Assembly: GCF_001194135.2 (NCBI RefSeq)
Contig: NC_068996.1
Coordinates: forward strand, 34,043,680 to 34,082,453
Reading direction: 5' to 3'
DNA length: 38,774 nt
From: Octopus bimaculoides
Lineage: Eukaryota
Shown here: piece by piece, positions 22,442-34,500 of the stretch
Layout of the letters: each line of letters opens with the position of its first letter
Position numbering within the stretch: the first letter of the stretch is position 1
The notes under the pieces: model-generated
Database searches by the model: none
Told to the model about the DNA's origin: nothing
Seen by the model: the letters and a program-made list of their open reading frames with translations, nothing else
Translations under genes and position numbers: made by a program

Positions 22442-23340
22442 ACATCATTATCATCGTTTAACATCTGCTTTCCATGCTGACATGGGTTGAACAGTTTCAC
22501 TGAGGACTGGCAAACCAGTAGGCTGCACTGGGCTCCAATCTGATCTGGCAAGGTTTCTACAGCTGGATACCGTTCCTAATGCCAACCACTCTGAGAGTGT
22601 AGCAGGTGCTTTTTACATGTCACCAACACGAGAGCCAGTCAGGTGGTACTGGCATTGACCACATTCGAATGGTGCTTTTTATGTGCCACCAGTATGAGGA
22701 GCCAGTCAGGCAGCACTAGCATCAACCCACATTCGAATGGTGTTTATTATGTGCCACTAGCATGGGTTTCAGTCAGGTGGAACTGGCCACAACTACAATT
22801 TCGATTTCACTTGACTCAACAGGTCTTCTCAAGCACATCATATCACCTGACGATTCAAGGGTATTTTTAAATGGGCTGGTTATGCAGTACTGGCATCAGC
22901 CATGGCTGCAATCTCACTTAACTTGCTGGGTTTTCTCAATCACAGAATATCTCCAAAGGTCTCGGTCTTTTGTCATTGCCCCTGTGAGGCCCAACATTTG
23001 AAAGTCATGCTTCACCACCTCATCCCATGTCTTCCTGGGTCTACCACTTCCACAGGTTCCTTCCACTGTTAGGGTGTGACACTTCTTCACACAGCTATCC
23101 TCATCCACACACAACACATGACCATACCAGCGCAGTCATCTCTCTTGCACACCACATCTGATGCTTTTTATGTCCAACTTTTCTATCAGGGTGCTTACAC
23201 TCTGTAGTGTAAGCACACTGACATGACACATCCAGCGGATCATACTAGCTTCATTTTTTCAAGCCTATGCATATCCTCAGCAGTCATGGCCCATGTTTTA
23301 CTGCCATGTAGCAAGGTAGTTCGCACATTAAAAGCAGTTC
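22442..23340 (-). mobile_element. 5'-truncated RTE LINE with 3' UTR and (GAT)n tail
   Basis: LLHGSKTWAMTAEDMHRLEKNEASMIRWMCHV...GRPRKTWDEVVKHDFQMLGL. The 3' UTR has an internal duplication of about 60 bp; the tail reads catcattatcatcg on the plus strand. Confidence 0.95.
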
Positions 23341-23906
23341 TAATAATACACACATTATCATGTTGCATATTTTATCAGATCTGTTTTTAATTCAAAATTT
23401 AATTCAGTTCCACATGTGCTATGCACACCAGCAAATAAAGCTCTTAGTGCTTGTTATTTAAGTGCATCTGCTACTTACAAAACTAGATTTCTCTATTATC
23501 TGGTCTATGATCCCACAACTCTTCGTGCATCAATACTTTTTATAGAATACAACAATGGGTTTCTAATCACTACTTTTCAACACATTGACCATGATCTTTT
23601 CCCTGATGGTAGCAAGATTACATCTCATTCCTACTAACAATATTTTAATCTTCGTTAAATTTACTTTCATGTTAACTGATTCTAGATTTTGCTTCCATGT
23701 CCAGGCTAAGAGAGAATGTAAGCTTCATATGAGACAGATGCACTGGAACAGTATGTACTATGAGCACATCAGAAACATTCTCTTAAATGCCTGAATAGTT
23801 CATTAAAAGTAGTCGATAGCTTAACTAGTAAACAATTAACAAGGGAGGTGGTAGCTCTGTAAGAATTGTAGCCTGAGTAAGAACAGGCTGCAGAAAGTTC
23901 AGAGAG

Positions 23907-23947
<41 letters not shown>
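23907..23947. repeat. (CTA)n microsatellite
   Basis: About 13 perfect units. Confidence 0.98.
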
Positions 23948-23999
23948 GACAGCAAAAACCATTTTTCTTACAATGAAGAGCAGACTGGAGTCATGCATG

Positions 24000-24497
24000 T
24001 GTTATAACTGTCATCCTGCATTAAAGCAAACATGGACCTTGAATGCAGAGATTTTGAGAAAACTGGGGGAAAAATTGAAGGAAACAATGTAAGTTTGCAT
24101 GAACAAGACAGTACGCATATGTGGAGAGAAAAACTTAGGCATAAGAAGAATCAGATGTAATGTGCAAGAAGACTTCATGCGACATGTACAGATAAGGACA
24201 GCTGCATAAAGTGCTGATCACCATATGTAAATAGAGCTTGCAATAGAGGAAGACATGGAATCAAGGGTGAAGGCTGATCTCTGGACCCTGAATCTCATAG
24301 AGATGACAAAGAACTGCTGGTAATATATGGTTCTTGAGAAAACATATTAAGATTCTGGAAGCACATGTATATTTATAAAAACTCTGCCAAAACACACACA
24401 CTAGCCTGGGGTAGCCTTCAACCTGGCCAGCTTCTGTCAAACTGTCTAACCCATGCCTGCATGGAAGGTGGACGTTAAACGATGACGATGATGACAT
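24000..24497 (+). mobile_element. 5'-truncated RTE LINE 3' end
   Basis: LGIRRIRCNVQE-like coding relic, then aacccatgcctgcatggaaggtggacgttaaacgatgacgatgatga tail. Confidence 0.85.
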
Positions 24498-24944
24498 CAC
24501 ATCTACCCAACTCAATTTCCTTCTTAGGACTTTCCTACCACCTATCATTTCTCTAAACTGCAGTATACTGCTGTCGTAATTGTACTGAACTGCATACTTC
24601 ACTGATACCACCTATTCCTCTTACAACCTGGAACCATTTCATTTATTAACCATCCCTTCATTTTTAATGCTGTTCTCTCTCGTCACTTTCTACATTGAAT
24701 GCCTTCAACCACACATCATCTTTCTTTCATCTCCTCTCACCCTTCATTCTACTGTTTCTTACTCTTTCTTCTACAGTCAGTTATTTCCTACTTTCCTCCA
24801 CTCCTTATCCACTATTCACATCTACCTTGCAACTTTACCCAATTTCTAAATTTGTTACTCTTCTCTACATATCATCCTTAAACATGTGTTCATTATTATA
24901 TTCACTCCTCACCCATCTAGGCAAAAGAGACCAACAGAATAAGT

Positions 24945-25045
24945 ACTAGTCTTCAAAACACAAAGGATTGAACTATTCAACAAAAATCCTTCAAGGTGGT
25001 GCCTCAGCATGACCACAGTCCAATGGCTAAAACAAGACAAAGGAG
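24945..25045 (+). mobile_element. SINE 3' portion
   Basis: ccttcaaggtggtgcctcagcatgaccacagtccaatggctaaaacaag resembles the common octopus SINE tail (recalled, not searched). Confidence 0.6.
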
Positions 25046-25789
25046 AAATCTTTTTTTTTTTGCTTTTGGCTTGAAAGAATAAAAAACAAAAACCTTCATA
25101 GAAAAATTCATAAATTTTATTTTAAAAAATTTTTTTTTTGTTTGAAAATGTTTTTAAGAATGAAATAATTTGAGCAAGGTGGTCATTAATATTGAGTCAT
25201 TAAAAAAATTTTTCATTCCAAATGATATGTATGCATATAATAAAGACATTGTTAATTATTTTAATGACAACTACCTCCTAAAATCTTAAGAAGCAACAAT
25301 ACTATGCAAACTTAATAATACAATATATTCCTTCTTTTAGGAAATAATAAATTGTATTGTACAATACAAATAAGATTTTTTTTTTNNNNNNNNNNNNNNN
25401 NNNNNNNNNNNNNNNNNNNNNNNNNNNNNNNNNNNNNNNNNNNNNNNNNNNNNNNNNNNNNNNNNNNNNNNNNNNNNNNNNNTTGGAAAAATTATCATTT
25501 TATTTGTATCATACAATACACATTTTGACGCTTAAAAAAAAACAAATGTTAGTTTGTTTATATTCATATACATGTAAATAAATTGTATACTGCACCAATG
25601 AAAAATTAAACCTTCACCATCATATGCAAGTTATGAGTGACAATACACAATGCCCAGCTGATAAAAGACAGACCCCCCCCCCACCTCTCTCTATTCAGTA
25701 CTTATTTCTTAAGCTTGTTGCTTATTTGATCTACATAGGTACACTGTTTTCATTCCACTCTCTGTAATTTTTGCTTCAGTTCATTTTTT

Positions 25790-25884
25790 GTGATTTCACC
25801 TTAGTGCCTTGTCTGGGATTGGACTCAGAACCTCTAGGTGACTGCATTGCATTAACCAACATCTTTACCCACTATGCTATGCCC
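25790..25884 (-). mobile_element. tRNA-derived SINE head
   Basis: Minus strand has A-box-like TAGCATAGTGG and B-box-like GAGTCCAATCCC with normal spacing. Confidence 0.55.
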
Positions 25885-25899
25885 GTAGGCAATGACGCA

Positions 25900-26600
25900 G
25901 TGAATTTTTAAGGCTTATACACCTAATGGCTGTGTAATCTAATGTGTGGCACTCTGCTCTTTTCTTCTTTAATTATTGGTTCCCATATTGTATTTATCTC
26001 TGCACTTGGCCTGCTTAAGCAAGTAGCACACATAGGACAACTGCCTAAGTTTTCTAATTTTCCAGTGGTGCTCTCTATCTGATATTCTGATCTCATCCCA
26101 TAGTGGCTGATGGTCTTCATTTTCCCATATGTAATTGGCTATACCTGACTTGTCAATATCCCTCTATGTCATGGTTTTCTGATGTTCCTCTACTCTTACT
26201 TCAAGGGGGTAGCATGTCTCTCCTTCGTAAACCTTACCACAGCTGCATACAGTTTTTGGTTATATTCTCTTGAATGAGGGCCTTCACTTGGAAGAGATAT
26301 CTGCTAAGTGTTGAATTACTTCTGAATACCAGCCTGATGTCATATGGACCACAGATCTTTTTGTCTTTTCTGAGGCCACTGACATAGGGTAGATATACCA
26401 TGGCAATGTTTTCTTAAATTTCATCATCTTCCCTCCTCTTAGCTAGGGTAGATAGTATGCTTGCTGGGTAGTTCTTACATTGTAGAGTGTTTCTCAGTTT
26501 GATCATTTCTTAGTAGTATATGCCAGGTTTGTTACTTATAGTTTTTGCTCAATGTCGTAGGTAATGAACAATCCCTCTCTTTACACTGTACTAGCTTAAA
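25900..26600 (-). mobile_element. Penelope-like element (Poseidon-type) RT C-terminus and GIY-YIG endonuclease relic
   Basis: KRGIVHYLRH..., VYLPYVSGL...ICGPYDIRLVFRSNSTLSRYLFQVK and LSRPSAEINTIWEPII. Confidence 0.9.
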
Positions 26601-26949
26601 AGCCACACTCTGTGCAGACTTTTAAGATACCTCCTGTGGAGGGCTAATTAGACCTGTGGCTTAAAATTAATGAGAGCTAAATAGCATGACTATATAACTT
26701 AGTAGTGTTTGATCAGAGGTTAAGGACAGATGTAAATTAATTCTGTAAAGCAATCATTTTATTGTTCCAGTTCAAAGTTGAATTCTAACTGTTGGCCAAT
26801 TTACCCCAAAGTTCTTATCTCAACATAAGCGAATGTCATATATCTCTTCCTTGATTTCTGATAAACGCCAACCAAGATGGCATGAATCAGCCAAGCTTTA
26901 CCTGCTAGAAGTAGCAACCCAAATGCTTCTAAATCAGATCCCAATGCTG

Positions 26950-27330
26950 AATGTTTAAGAACCAAATGAAGGACACATTTTCAATCCTGGGATTGTTCTG
27001 GTACCAAAAAGGTATATGCTTATGCAGAGTAAATGTGGACTGAGATACAGAGGTCCTGGACAGACAGAATTTCACGTTTATTAATATAGATGGATGATGT
27101 GAATTGAAGTTGGAATACTCTTCTGTGAATGTTGGTTTTGAATATAGCGAGTGGAATGAGAACAGTGTACCTCCATGTATCAAAGGGTTTAAGTTTGAAA
27201 TTCTGATACAACTGCATTCGACAAGACACTTGAAGAAGGCTGGGGGGGTAGAACAGCCAAAGCATAGCGAAAGCAACAATCAAGATGAGGACATCAGTTT
27301 GATTAATGTAAATAGGGTACATGATATAAA
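26950..27330 (+). mobile_element. Penelope-like element 3' end with pLTR tail
   Basis: DTEVLDRQ...INIDG...SWNTLL relic, then the tail cttgaagaaggctg...cagcc...aacaatcaagatgaggacatcag...aatgtaaata. Confidence 0.6.
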
Positions 27331-27539
27331 TTCCTCATTGTAGAAATTGTGTTTCTATGATAGTAGCTAAAGGGGACAATAGAGGCTTTCAGCTACCAAT
27401 GAGAATTGTGATGGAAATTAGCCAATGTTTTTTAATATAAGTAGTGGAGGTTGGACCTGTATTATAAAAGCAAGTGGAGGAGGAGTGCATTGCAAAATCC
27501 GGTGGGTTTATGTAGTAGCTATTTGTGTCAATATGATTC

Positions 27540-28280
27540 TGTACAAGAATACTGAAGGAGTTAAGGGAGAAAGATGGAGATTAAATTTGTAACCCACCTC
27601 TGTCAACCCATTCACCTTTTTAACACAGTGCTCCCACCCACTATCTCCATCCTGCACAATAAAAACTCCAATAGTATAATGATTATATCCAGTACCATAA
27701 AGATCCATAATACAGGTATCCTTTGGCAACACCATGAAGTGAGAAACTAACATGTACCTGTCACAGCATAGACCTGCTCCATGAAAGGCAAGTTGAAACA
27801 AGCATGTTTTCTGTATTTTCCAACACTTGATCCTACTATATTGGGTTGATAGTAAACATTCAAAAGCTACCTACACCAACTCAACTCATTCTGCCATCTG
27901 GAATAAAACCCCCAGATCTCTCTCCAAACACATTTGGAAATCAAAGAATACAAGAAAAGCAGATACCACATGGGGAATCAGTGAATACTAGAGAAATGGA
28001 TAGATGATCTACAGTCTACTTCATATGGAAACTAACAGCTTTCACCCAACTATAATCCTAAAGAAAAGAACCAAACTCATCGCAACTTACTAACATATAC
28101 CAAAGTTCCTGTTGGTCAGCATGGAAGAAGTGATATTTGCTGAACCCAGAAGAATGGGTATCATGAAATACAAAATCAATTGTGTGGCTAATCACAGATG
28201 CTTGACCACCTTACAGACTGACCACCATTTAAGGTCTACTGATGAGAATGGTAAATTTATAAGAAACATTGAAATAGGAG
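27540..28280 (+). mobile_element. Penelope-like element (Neptune/Naiad-type) GIY-YIG fragment with tail
   Basis: YYIGL motif, SLSKHIWKSKNTRKADTTWGI, and a tail containing CTGATGA...GAAAC. Confidence 0.8.
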
Positions 28281-29959
28281 GAAATAACTATCTAAATTAA
28301 AACATTTAAGGCAATACTGAATGTGTAAATGCAGAAAAAGTTTATTTTACATATCTCTAATAACATTATTTATAAAATCAAAGTGAAGTACATGCATGTG
28401 TGCATGCATGCACACACATACCAGTAAATGTTAAGAAAGAAAATTCACATTTTCAATAATACTTGTTAATTGGCAAATATCTGCACTATTAAGGCACACT
28501 GATCTTAGAATATAGAAACTGAGGAAAACCTGGTTCTCCCTAAAAAATATATTTATCATTGTTTTTATACCACAAATCATTAAATATGCAAAATCTTTCA
28601 ACAAAAGACTATACCAACTTTAAAGGAAAAGATTTTGAAAATCTAGTAAATTACAGCAACTTAAATAGAGCTACGAATTACAGAGACAAGAAAAGTTTAA
28701 AATTGCACATATGTGAAAATATATAAACAATGCAGAAAATAGATTTTTAAAATGCTGGTCTGAGTTGTTACATTTGTTTCTTCCCTCTTGTTCATAAAAC
28801 ACTGTTTTAACAGTTTTCCCTATATAACTAGCTATAACTCACCCCTATAGTTCAGGTATAAACTATTAATTAGCTATTGTGTTGCACAATATGAAACTAT
28901 TACAACAAAAAGTATTAAACACTTGCGGCTTGAGTAAACAGAAAGTAAAACCAGTTAAGTCTTGAAATAAATGGAGTAATCTGGAAGACTCCAGCCTAGT
29001 CTGAAATCATATTTCAATGATATAAACAAAATATGGTAATACACAACATTTTTGATTAGTTCAGGAGTCAAAAAATTAATAATCATATTCAGATTTTAAA
29101 TGTAATTCTAAACCACTCTCTCTTTTCAATGTGTTACTAACACATTCCAAATAACCAAAATAGTTTTGATGAGAAGAGGTCAACAGGTCAAAGTTTATGT
29201 TTGGCGAGGCAAGATCAATAAGGCAAGTAAACTTCCCAGAGGGAGGAATAGAGAGAAGGAAGCCCACTAACTCTACATTTCATTACAGTGTTAGTTTTAA
29301 TAAACTAAAAGTGGTTATATTTAATTTCTGTAGAATGGTTAAGCAGTTTAGTTTGTGGTCATACATTTCTGAATTCAACACCCAGGGTGGCATCTATCTA
29401 CAGCAAGTGTCATTTGCCATTGTACCTATAATTCAAAAAGGTACAGCCTTGGGTCTTCATCACAGTTATAATTAACATACTTGTTGCCATAATTCTACTG
29501 AAAATTCACTGTCTTTGTTTGAATTAGTCTTGAAAAGGATAAAAGAACTCAGTAAAAGAACTCAATATTAATGTAGTATTTCAAACATATTTTAGCATGA
29601 AAATTTGATGGATGGTTTTAATTTAGATCACTTTGAAACAGGAAGATTGCATCATAGAACCAGGGTAGGTCTCGGGAGAGTTGGTATCAAAAGGTGTGGG
29701 AACATTCAGTCACTTACATGCTAATTCAATGAGCAGATAATGCGTATCATCGTCAATGCCAAAAGAGATCAATTTTATTTATTAAATATGAAGAGATGCC
29801 TTCAGTATAATAGCTGACATCAGATGAACAATACTTCAGTTCTGGTTGAATGATTGAATAAATGAAATATTAGTGACCTCTAATAGAACACTCAGTCATT
29901 TACATGCTAACTCTGTTTGAATAAACAAAATATTAGTGACCTCTAATAGACCTCAAAAT

Positions 29960-30090
29960 ATTCAGGGAGTACAGTTGATTATATCAACCTAAGTATGTGA
30001 CTAGTACTTTATTTTGTCGACTCAAAAGGATGAAAGGCAAAATGCACCTCACTGAGATTCAAATTCCAACTGGCAAAGCCTATGACTAAA
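29960..30090 (-). mobile_element. SINE central domain (Nin/MESC-like)
   Basis: gttgattatatcaacc...tagtacttttattttgtcgactcaaaaggatgaaaggcaaaatgcacctc matches a recalled octopus SINE core. Confidence 0.65.
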
Positions 30091-30799
30091 TGTCACAATG
30101 GACAACTAAACTAGTTTTATCAATTCTAAAACCAGCAAACACACACAGCTTTTTGCTTAGTATTTAGCGAAGATAACAGCATAACAATCAAATTATTTAG
30201 TAAATTCAAAAACCAAAGCCTTCATCTTGAATGAAAAAAATGGTTAAATATTATAAAAAAAAATTATAGAAAGCAAATGTCATTTGGCAATACATTGTAG
30301 AAAATAGCATGACAAAGAAAAACACTTAGAGAAATTAATTTTGTGTTTTTAATGAGTGGATGGATGTAAGGGAATGGAGGTAAAAATATAACCAACCCTT
30401 CTTAAATGTAAAACCTCTGGAAAATAACAAAAAAAAAATCGGAATTTTGAAATTTTCACCTCACCTGCCATTTCCCCTCAATATCGTCATTTTTCATTCT
30501 TTCCCATAACCCTAACACTACAACCCTAACCCTAAGCAGAAAAATTTTTGGAAATTTGTTTCAGAATCATAATCTCCGTATTTTTCTGCATGGTGTTGCC
30601 ATCTNNNNNNNNNNNNNNNNNNNNNNNNNNNNNNNNNNNNNNNNNNNNNNNNNNNNNNNNNNNNNNNNNNNNNNNNNNNNNNNNNNNNNNNNNNNNNNNN
30701 NNNNTATTACCGTTAACTCCATCATTCCAACTAGGTTAGGTTTTAAGCATTATTTTTGTTTTTTTCTCACTAAATGTCCTCTAAATAATATCTACTTCT

Positions 30800-31151
30800 A
30801 CATCCACCATCACTTGTCTTTTATTTTCCCCTTCTATAGTTGATTAAGTAATTTCCTTCCCAGTAATGCTACTTGAGTTGCTTTGTACCACTAGTTGCTT
30901 TGCCTTATATCCGACCTTCTCCTTATAAGCATGTATATTGTTGTTATTATTATTTCTCAACAAAATAACCTGTACCTCGTTCTTCCATTGATTAGCGCTA
31001 ACATCAGCATATTAATATTTCACAGGGTAATGATGTTTCATTTATCATGTTTACATTCTTCACTTCAAATCAGTATGTTATTAATCTTAATATTTTAATA
31101 ATATATATATATGTATATATATATGTATGTATGTGTGTGTGTATGTGTATG

Positions 31152-31202
<51 letters not shown>

Positions 31203-31550
31203 ATATACATGTATGTATATGTGTGCATATATGTGTATGTGTGTGTGTACATATATATATATATATCTATTTCTGCCTCATTCACCACTAGTTCTTTATT
31301 TTCCCCTTCTACAATTAGCTAAGTAAATTCTTCTTAGTAATGTCACACAGCGGTAACTTCAACTAAGTATTTCCTACCTTCTCCTTGTAAGCATGCACAT
31401 TATTATTTCTCCTATAAATATCCTACCTTGTTTTACCATTAACTAGCGTTAATATCCGTATAATAATATGATATCTTACTAGGCTATGATGCTTTATTTA
31501 TTTTTATATTTACTTTCTTCACTTCATATAAAGTATGTAATTAGTTTTTT
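30800..31550. repeat. Diverged tandem duplication (period about 480 bp) interrupted by a microsatellite
   Basis: 30801-31085 is similar to 31279-31545 (shared ttttattttccccttcta, agtaatg, ccttctcctt.taagcatg, cttcacttca). Confidence 0.75.
31100..31268. repeat. (TA)/(TG) compound microsatellite
   Basis: Directly visible. Confidence 0.95.
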
Positions 31551-32777
31551 CCTTAAATAGAAAATGTTTAATTTGATGAACTCCCTTAGTTCTCTCCCTT
31601 CCTGCATTTTTGACTTAACAATTAGCTCACGATTTTTAGTTTTCTTTATTTACTGTGATATATTTGCCTTCCTTCCCCCATTTCAATCATTTAATTTAAA
31701 CCTTTAGCATTACATTTACAGCCCCCTCCCTTTATAACTCTATGTAAACAAGCGTTCTTATTCCTAACGCCCATGGAATAATATTATTGTTCCCTTTATA
31801 TCTCTATGTAAACAAGCGTTCTAACGGTCACTTGGCCATGTAACNNNNNNNNNNNNNNNNNNNNNNNNNNNNNNNNNNNNNNNNNNNNNNNNNNNNNNNN
31901 NNNNNNNNNNNNNNNNNNNNNNNNNNNNNNNNNNNNNNNNNNNNNNNNNNNNNNNNNNNNNNNNNNNNNNNNNNNNNNNNNNNNNNNNNNNNNNNNNNNN
32001 NNNNNNNNNNNNNNNNNNNNNNNNNNNNNNNNNNNNNNNNNNNNNNNNNNNNNNNNNNNNNNNNNNNNNNNNNNNNNNNNNNNNNNNNNNNNNNNNNNNN
32101 NNNNNNNNNNNNNNNNNNNNNNNNNNNNNNNNNNNNNNNNNNNNNNNNNNNNNNNNNNNNNNNNNNNNNNNNNNNNNNNNNNNNNNNNNNNNNNNNNNNN
32201 NNNNNNNNNNNNNNNNNNNNNNNNNNNNNNNNNNNNNNNNNNNNNNNNNNNNNNNNNNNNNNNNNNNNNNNNNNNNNNNNNNNNNNNNNNNNNNNNNNNN
32301 NNNNNNNNNNNNNNNNNNNNNNNNNNNNNNNNNNNNNNNNNNNNNNNNNNNNNNNNNNNNNNNNNNNNNNNNNNNNNNNNNNNNNNNNNNNNNNNNNNNN
32401 NNNNNNNNNNNNNNNNNNNNNNNNNNNNNNNNNNNNNNNNNNNNNNNNNNNNNNNNNNNNNNNNNNNNNNNNNNNNNNNNNNNNNNNNNNNNNNNNNNNN
32501 NNNNNNNNNNNNNNNNNNNNNNNNNNNNNNNNNNNNNNNNNNNNNNNNNNNNNNNNNNNNNNNNNNNNNNNNNNNNNNNNNNNNNNNNNNNNNNNNNNNN
32601 NNNNNNNNNNNNNNNNNNNNNNNNNNNNGATGAAAATATAAAGAATGAGGGAGAGAAAAAGAGTGTGAAAGTGAGTCAACACATTGTTCAATCAATCACA
32701 ACAGAAATGCCATATTCTATTTAGCTTCAATGGCACAAACATTTTCCGTTAAAAAAAAATTTTTCCTTTTTTTTTTT

Positions 32778-33616
32778 TACTGGTGAGTAAATACTTCCAA
32801 TGCTTCCAGTAACCATGGATTTGTAGCAGAGTAATCTGTCAGCCAGCCAAACTGAGGCAGTCATATGTGTTGTGATCAGAGACACAATAATAGCAAGGTC
32901 TGAACTCACAATTGCTGGGTATAATTTAACTTAGTTTTCTTTTTTGCAAAATAAGAGTTTGTTAGCCCCAGCCATGAAGATGCAATAACTTACAAGTCAA
33001 TTTAACTGATGATCATGGCAAACATATCAATTCTTGAAAAGAATGGAAGTCAACTCTAGAATTAAGAAAGATGAAAATAAAAACTAATTAAACTAGCATT
33101 GTTTTAACAACATCACTAAGTGCTGAATATATTAACAATAAATATGGTGACCAAGTCCATATATGGCTTGTTTAAAAATAATTTATAAAATGAAGCCACA
33201 AAATCTCTAAAGGATTAAAAGCATTTAGAAAACTAGGTTAACTCACCAAAATACGACTCCACATCATTGTTCCAATAACAGATTCATCCTTGCTCATGCG
33301 ACATTTGTATAAAACAAAAGATGCCCCAACATGAATGGCTCCATATATCCGCATTAAAGCTAAATGTGATGCTTCTATAGGCGTCCCTTCACTCACCTAA
33401 AATAAAATATAGCTACAAATTATATAATACTTGTTAATTATAATTTTTCATAATGATTTTGACAACAAATCACTAACATTTTAAAATTAATATACTGAAC
33501 AACCAATAAACTATGTAAATTTTTAGAAAATGCACATACAAAAAAATAAGAAAATCTTATTTTACTAAATTTGAATATTTGCAAATATAAATGTAGAATT
33601 TACAGGAATCAAGAAT
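32778..33616 (+). repeat. Segmental duplication copy 2 (direct repeat of 1-838)
   Basis: See copy 1; offset 32777 at the start. Confidence 0.95.
33247..33396 (-). CDS. Paralogous 150-nt coding exon of the membrane-protein gene
   Basis: Same splice sites as copy 1. Encodes VSEGTPIEASHLALMRIYGAIHVGASFVLYKCRMSKDESVIGTMMWSRIL; 8 nt differences from 475-624, no indels or stops. Confidence 0.8.
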
Positions 33617-34189
33617 CTTCATAACATGAAAAGTTTTGGTTTTGAAAAAAGCATTAATCTTCACTGNNNNNNNNNNNNNNNNNNNNNNNNNNNNNNNNNN
33701 NNNNNNNNNNNNNNNNNNNNNNNNNNNNNNNNNNNNNNNNNNNNNNNNNNNNNNNNNNNNNNNNNNNNNNNNNNNNNNNNNNNNNNNNNNNNNNNNNNNN
33801 NNNNNNNNNNNNNNNNNNNNNNNNNNNNNNNNNNNNNNNNNNNNNNNNNNNNNNNNNNNNNNNNNNNNNNNNNNNNNNNNNNNNNNNNNNNNNNNNNNNN
33901 NNNNNNNNNNNNNNNNNNNNNNNNNNNNNNNNNNNNNNNNNNNNNNNNNNNNNNNNNNNNNNNNNNNNNNNNNNNNNNNNNNNNNNNNNNNNNNNNNNNN
34001 NNNNNNNNNNNNNNNNNNNNNNNNNNNNNNNNNNNNNNNNNNNNNNNNNNNNNNNNNNNNNNNNNNNNNNNNNNNNNNNNNNNNNNNNNNNNNNNNNNNN
34101 NNNNNNNNNNNNNNNNNNNNNNNNNNNNNNNNNNNNNNNNNNNNNNNNNNNNNNNNNNNNNNNNNNNNNNNNNNNNNNNNNNNNNNNNN

Positions 34190-34500
34190 ATCAGGAGGAA
34201 CCACGTCCGGTTTCGGCCCCTACTCCTCTACCGTTTTAACGTGGCGGGGCCACCCCCTTTCGGAGGTGTCTTCGGCTCTGGTGTTGGGTGCATGTCTTCT
34301 TTCACTGTTTGTGACTGTTCTAATTCAACTGTGGAATGTCCCTCGCTATGGTTATTTTCCAGGAGGTTCTGGCCACACGTCTTATGGTTTATCAACCTGC
34401 GTTGTTGAATTACTTTCTTCCAACATACCTTCCCTTGGTGGATTAGGATCCAGTTAGCTGAAGACATCATCAGGAGGAACCATTGAACAAACATGTATTA
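34190..34500 (-). mobile_element. Possible Gypsy pol C-terminal tail fragment (GC-rich)
   Basis: Pro/Glu-rich low-complexity translation ending RSRGRNRT/VVPPD, like the RRSxRxRxPP tail of Gypsy pol. The 14-mer atcaggaggaacca repeats 279 bp apart. Confidence 0.35.

Noticed and set aside
27508-27801. 97-aa minus ORF with plausible splice sites
   Set aside because: The opposite strand is a Penelope-like GIY-YIG relic (YYIGL), so the ORF is a shadow
28920-29267. Candidate host exons (TRLESSRLLHLFQDLTGFTFCLLKPQ; ORF 29076-29267)
   Set aside because: Weak donors, no recognisable homology and no duplicate to corroborate
1-33616. Duplication as an uncollapsed allelic haplotype
   Set aside because: Intronic divergence of roughly 10% or more with many indels is far above typical allelic levels and both copies lie in one scaffold; it cannot be fully excluded without reads
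31796-34457. ORFs of 215-299 aa spanning gaps
   Set aside because: Almost entirely X residues from assembly gaps
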